NCBI GenBank assembly: GCA_018065765.1
Contig: JAGHSR010000070.1
Location: 1 to 38,853, forward strand
DNA from: Candidatus Colicola coprequi
GTDB taxonomy: Bacteria; Bacteroidota; Bacteroidia; Bacteroidales; Paludibacteraceae
Length of the DNA stretch: 38,853 nt
Reading direction: 5' to 3'
Below, in pieces: positions 37,972-38,853 of this stretch. A program made the position numbers and the translations under genes. Under the pieces are notes generated by a model. That model saw only the letters and a list, made by a program, of their open reading frames with translations. It made no database searches and was not told the origin of the DNA. How positions within the stretch are numbered: position 1 is the stretch's first letter; the number at the start of each line of letters is the position of its first letter.

Positions 37972-38853
37972 GGCAGTACGATTTTATGAACCCCGTTGTC
38001 GGTTACCACTATATAAATACCCGCGCGCACGTGTGAGGAGAGGGTTTTCGCATCGCCGATGCGTTGTCCGGTGACGGTATAAATGCCATTGGATGCGTTA
38101 GCAGTGCCATTGAGCACAGCAGGAGAGGAGGTAGGTGTCTCGTCATGAGTGCGGCAGATGGCTTGGATAGCAAGTCGGTTCTCTATGTTGGACACGTTGA
38201 ATGCGAATGTGTAGTTTTCGTAGAGGAGGTTGGTCACTTTGCCGGAAGCGTTGTCTATCAGGTAGATAGCCTCAAAATCCGCAGTCAAGTCGGCGGCGTG
38301 CTGCACAGAGACGGTCATTGTACCTGACTTAGCGCCGGTGATAATACCGATTGGCAGAGCCAGTTGTTTGGCGGACTGTTCGTCGAGTGCTTGGAAGGCG
38401 AGTGCTGTCTTGGGGTCAGCGGGTGCGTAGGAGTACAGTGACAGGTTCTCGCTGTCGCCGAACATCTTGCTCAGGTCGGCGTTGAAGTCGTATGCGGTAG
38501 TGAAGGCAGCGCCTAACAGGAAACCTGTGGAGGCTGTTTCAGCGCCCTGCTGAACGAGCAGGGTGAACGGAAATTCTGTTTTGCTTGTACGTTGCGGTGC
38601 GCGGCGTGGTGCAAGGGCACGTTGAGTTGTTTGGAACGTGAGGGTTCCTTCGCCTGCAGACTGCACGAAATAGGAGCAGAACGGATGGATGACCGCTTCC
38701 TCTACGCGTAACTGTTCGTACGAACGGAAACCGTTATTTGAGATGGTGACATAGCGGAAGCCATCGTTCTGAACCACATAACCGTTGTCATCGTCACCGA
38801 CTATGACACCGAGTTGCAACTCAGAGACATTGGGCAGATGGATAGCGCAGAGG
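37968..38853 (-). CDS. T9SS C-terminal-sorting-domain (type A-like) secreted protein, C-terminal part; the gene continues past the window end
   Basis: The frame is open to the window edge. The last ~70 aa (NGIYTVTGQRIGDAKTLSSHVRAGIYIVVTDNGVHKIVLP) match the T9SS CTD pattern GIY..G....L..GIYIV...G..KI. Confidence 0.7.
   Translation of the reverse strand, partial: LCAIHLPNVSELQLGVIVGDDDNGYVVQNDGFRYVTISNNGFRSYEQLRVEEAVIHPFCSYFVQSAGEGTLTFQTTQRALAPRRAPQRTSKTEFPFTLLVQQGAETASTGFLLGAAFTTAYDFNADLSKMFGDSENLSLYSYAPADPKTALAFQALDEQSAKQLALPIGIITGAKSGTMTVSVQHAADLTADFEAIYLIDNASGKVTNLLYENYTFAFNVSNIENRLAIQAICRTHDETPTSSPAVLNGTANASNGIYTVTGQRIGDAKTLSSHVRAGIYIVVTDNGVHKIVLP

Noticed and set aside
36907-38853. Calling a prophage or integrative element inserted at ssrA.
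   Set aside because: The visible 1.5 kb contains no integrase, no phage genes and no direct repeat of the ssrA 3' end. Only the compositional shift can be reported. Any island call needs sequence beyond the window.

Overview
This is a compact, almost fully coding chromosomal segment from a Bacteroidales bacterium, probably Prevotella-like. The taxon call is an inference from three things: repeated TAnnTTTG -7 promoter boxes close to start codons, T9SS components, and the gene order DUF4270 / short glycogen synthase / panC. GC was hand-counted on a few 60-nt lines only. It is roughly 35-50% across most of the window.

I call about 35 CDS, and most are housekeeping:
- **Cofactor and nucleotide metabolism:** panC, pdxB, folE, ribD, rdgB, aspA.
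- **Translation:** proS, prmC.
- **Replication and repair:** gyrB, dnaG, recX.
- **Envelope:** kdsA, kdsD, a SurA-like PPIase, an OstA-like protein, an outer-membrane barrel, a SPOR protein and a PorZ-like T9SS protein.
- **Other:** two LOG-family paralogs, a sodium:solute symporter and an alkaline phosphatase.

The RNA genes are tRNA-Arg(CCG) and tmRNA (ssrA). One GH20 beta-N-acetylhexosaminidase is split by a 1-nt frameshift. I found no rRNA, CRISPR array, transposase, integrase or recognisable defence gene.

The least ordinary part is the last 1.5 kb, immediately 3' of ssrA:
- GC jumps to about 55-72%.
- An 11-bp-periodic tandem repeat array sits between ssrA and a convergent two-gene module.
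- That module is the C-terminal part of a T9SS-CTD cargo protein, joined by an ATGA overlap to a small ORF.
- The first ~27 codons of the small ORF consist entirely of two heptanucleotide repeat arrays, which makes it a candidate slipped-strand switch.

Smaller oddities are listed in the findings. They include an A19:U56 covariation in the tRNA, a GC hairpin in the gyrB leader, a tightly overlapped gyrB-LOG-unknown-kdsA string, and a radical SAM + glycosyltransferase pair. All product calls rest on motif recognition by eye, and no database search was run.
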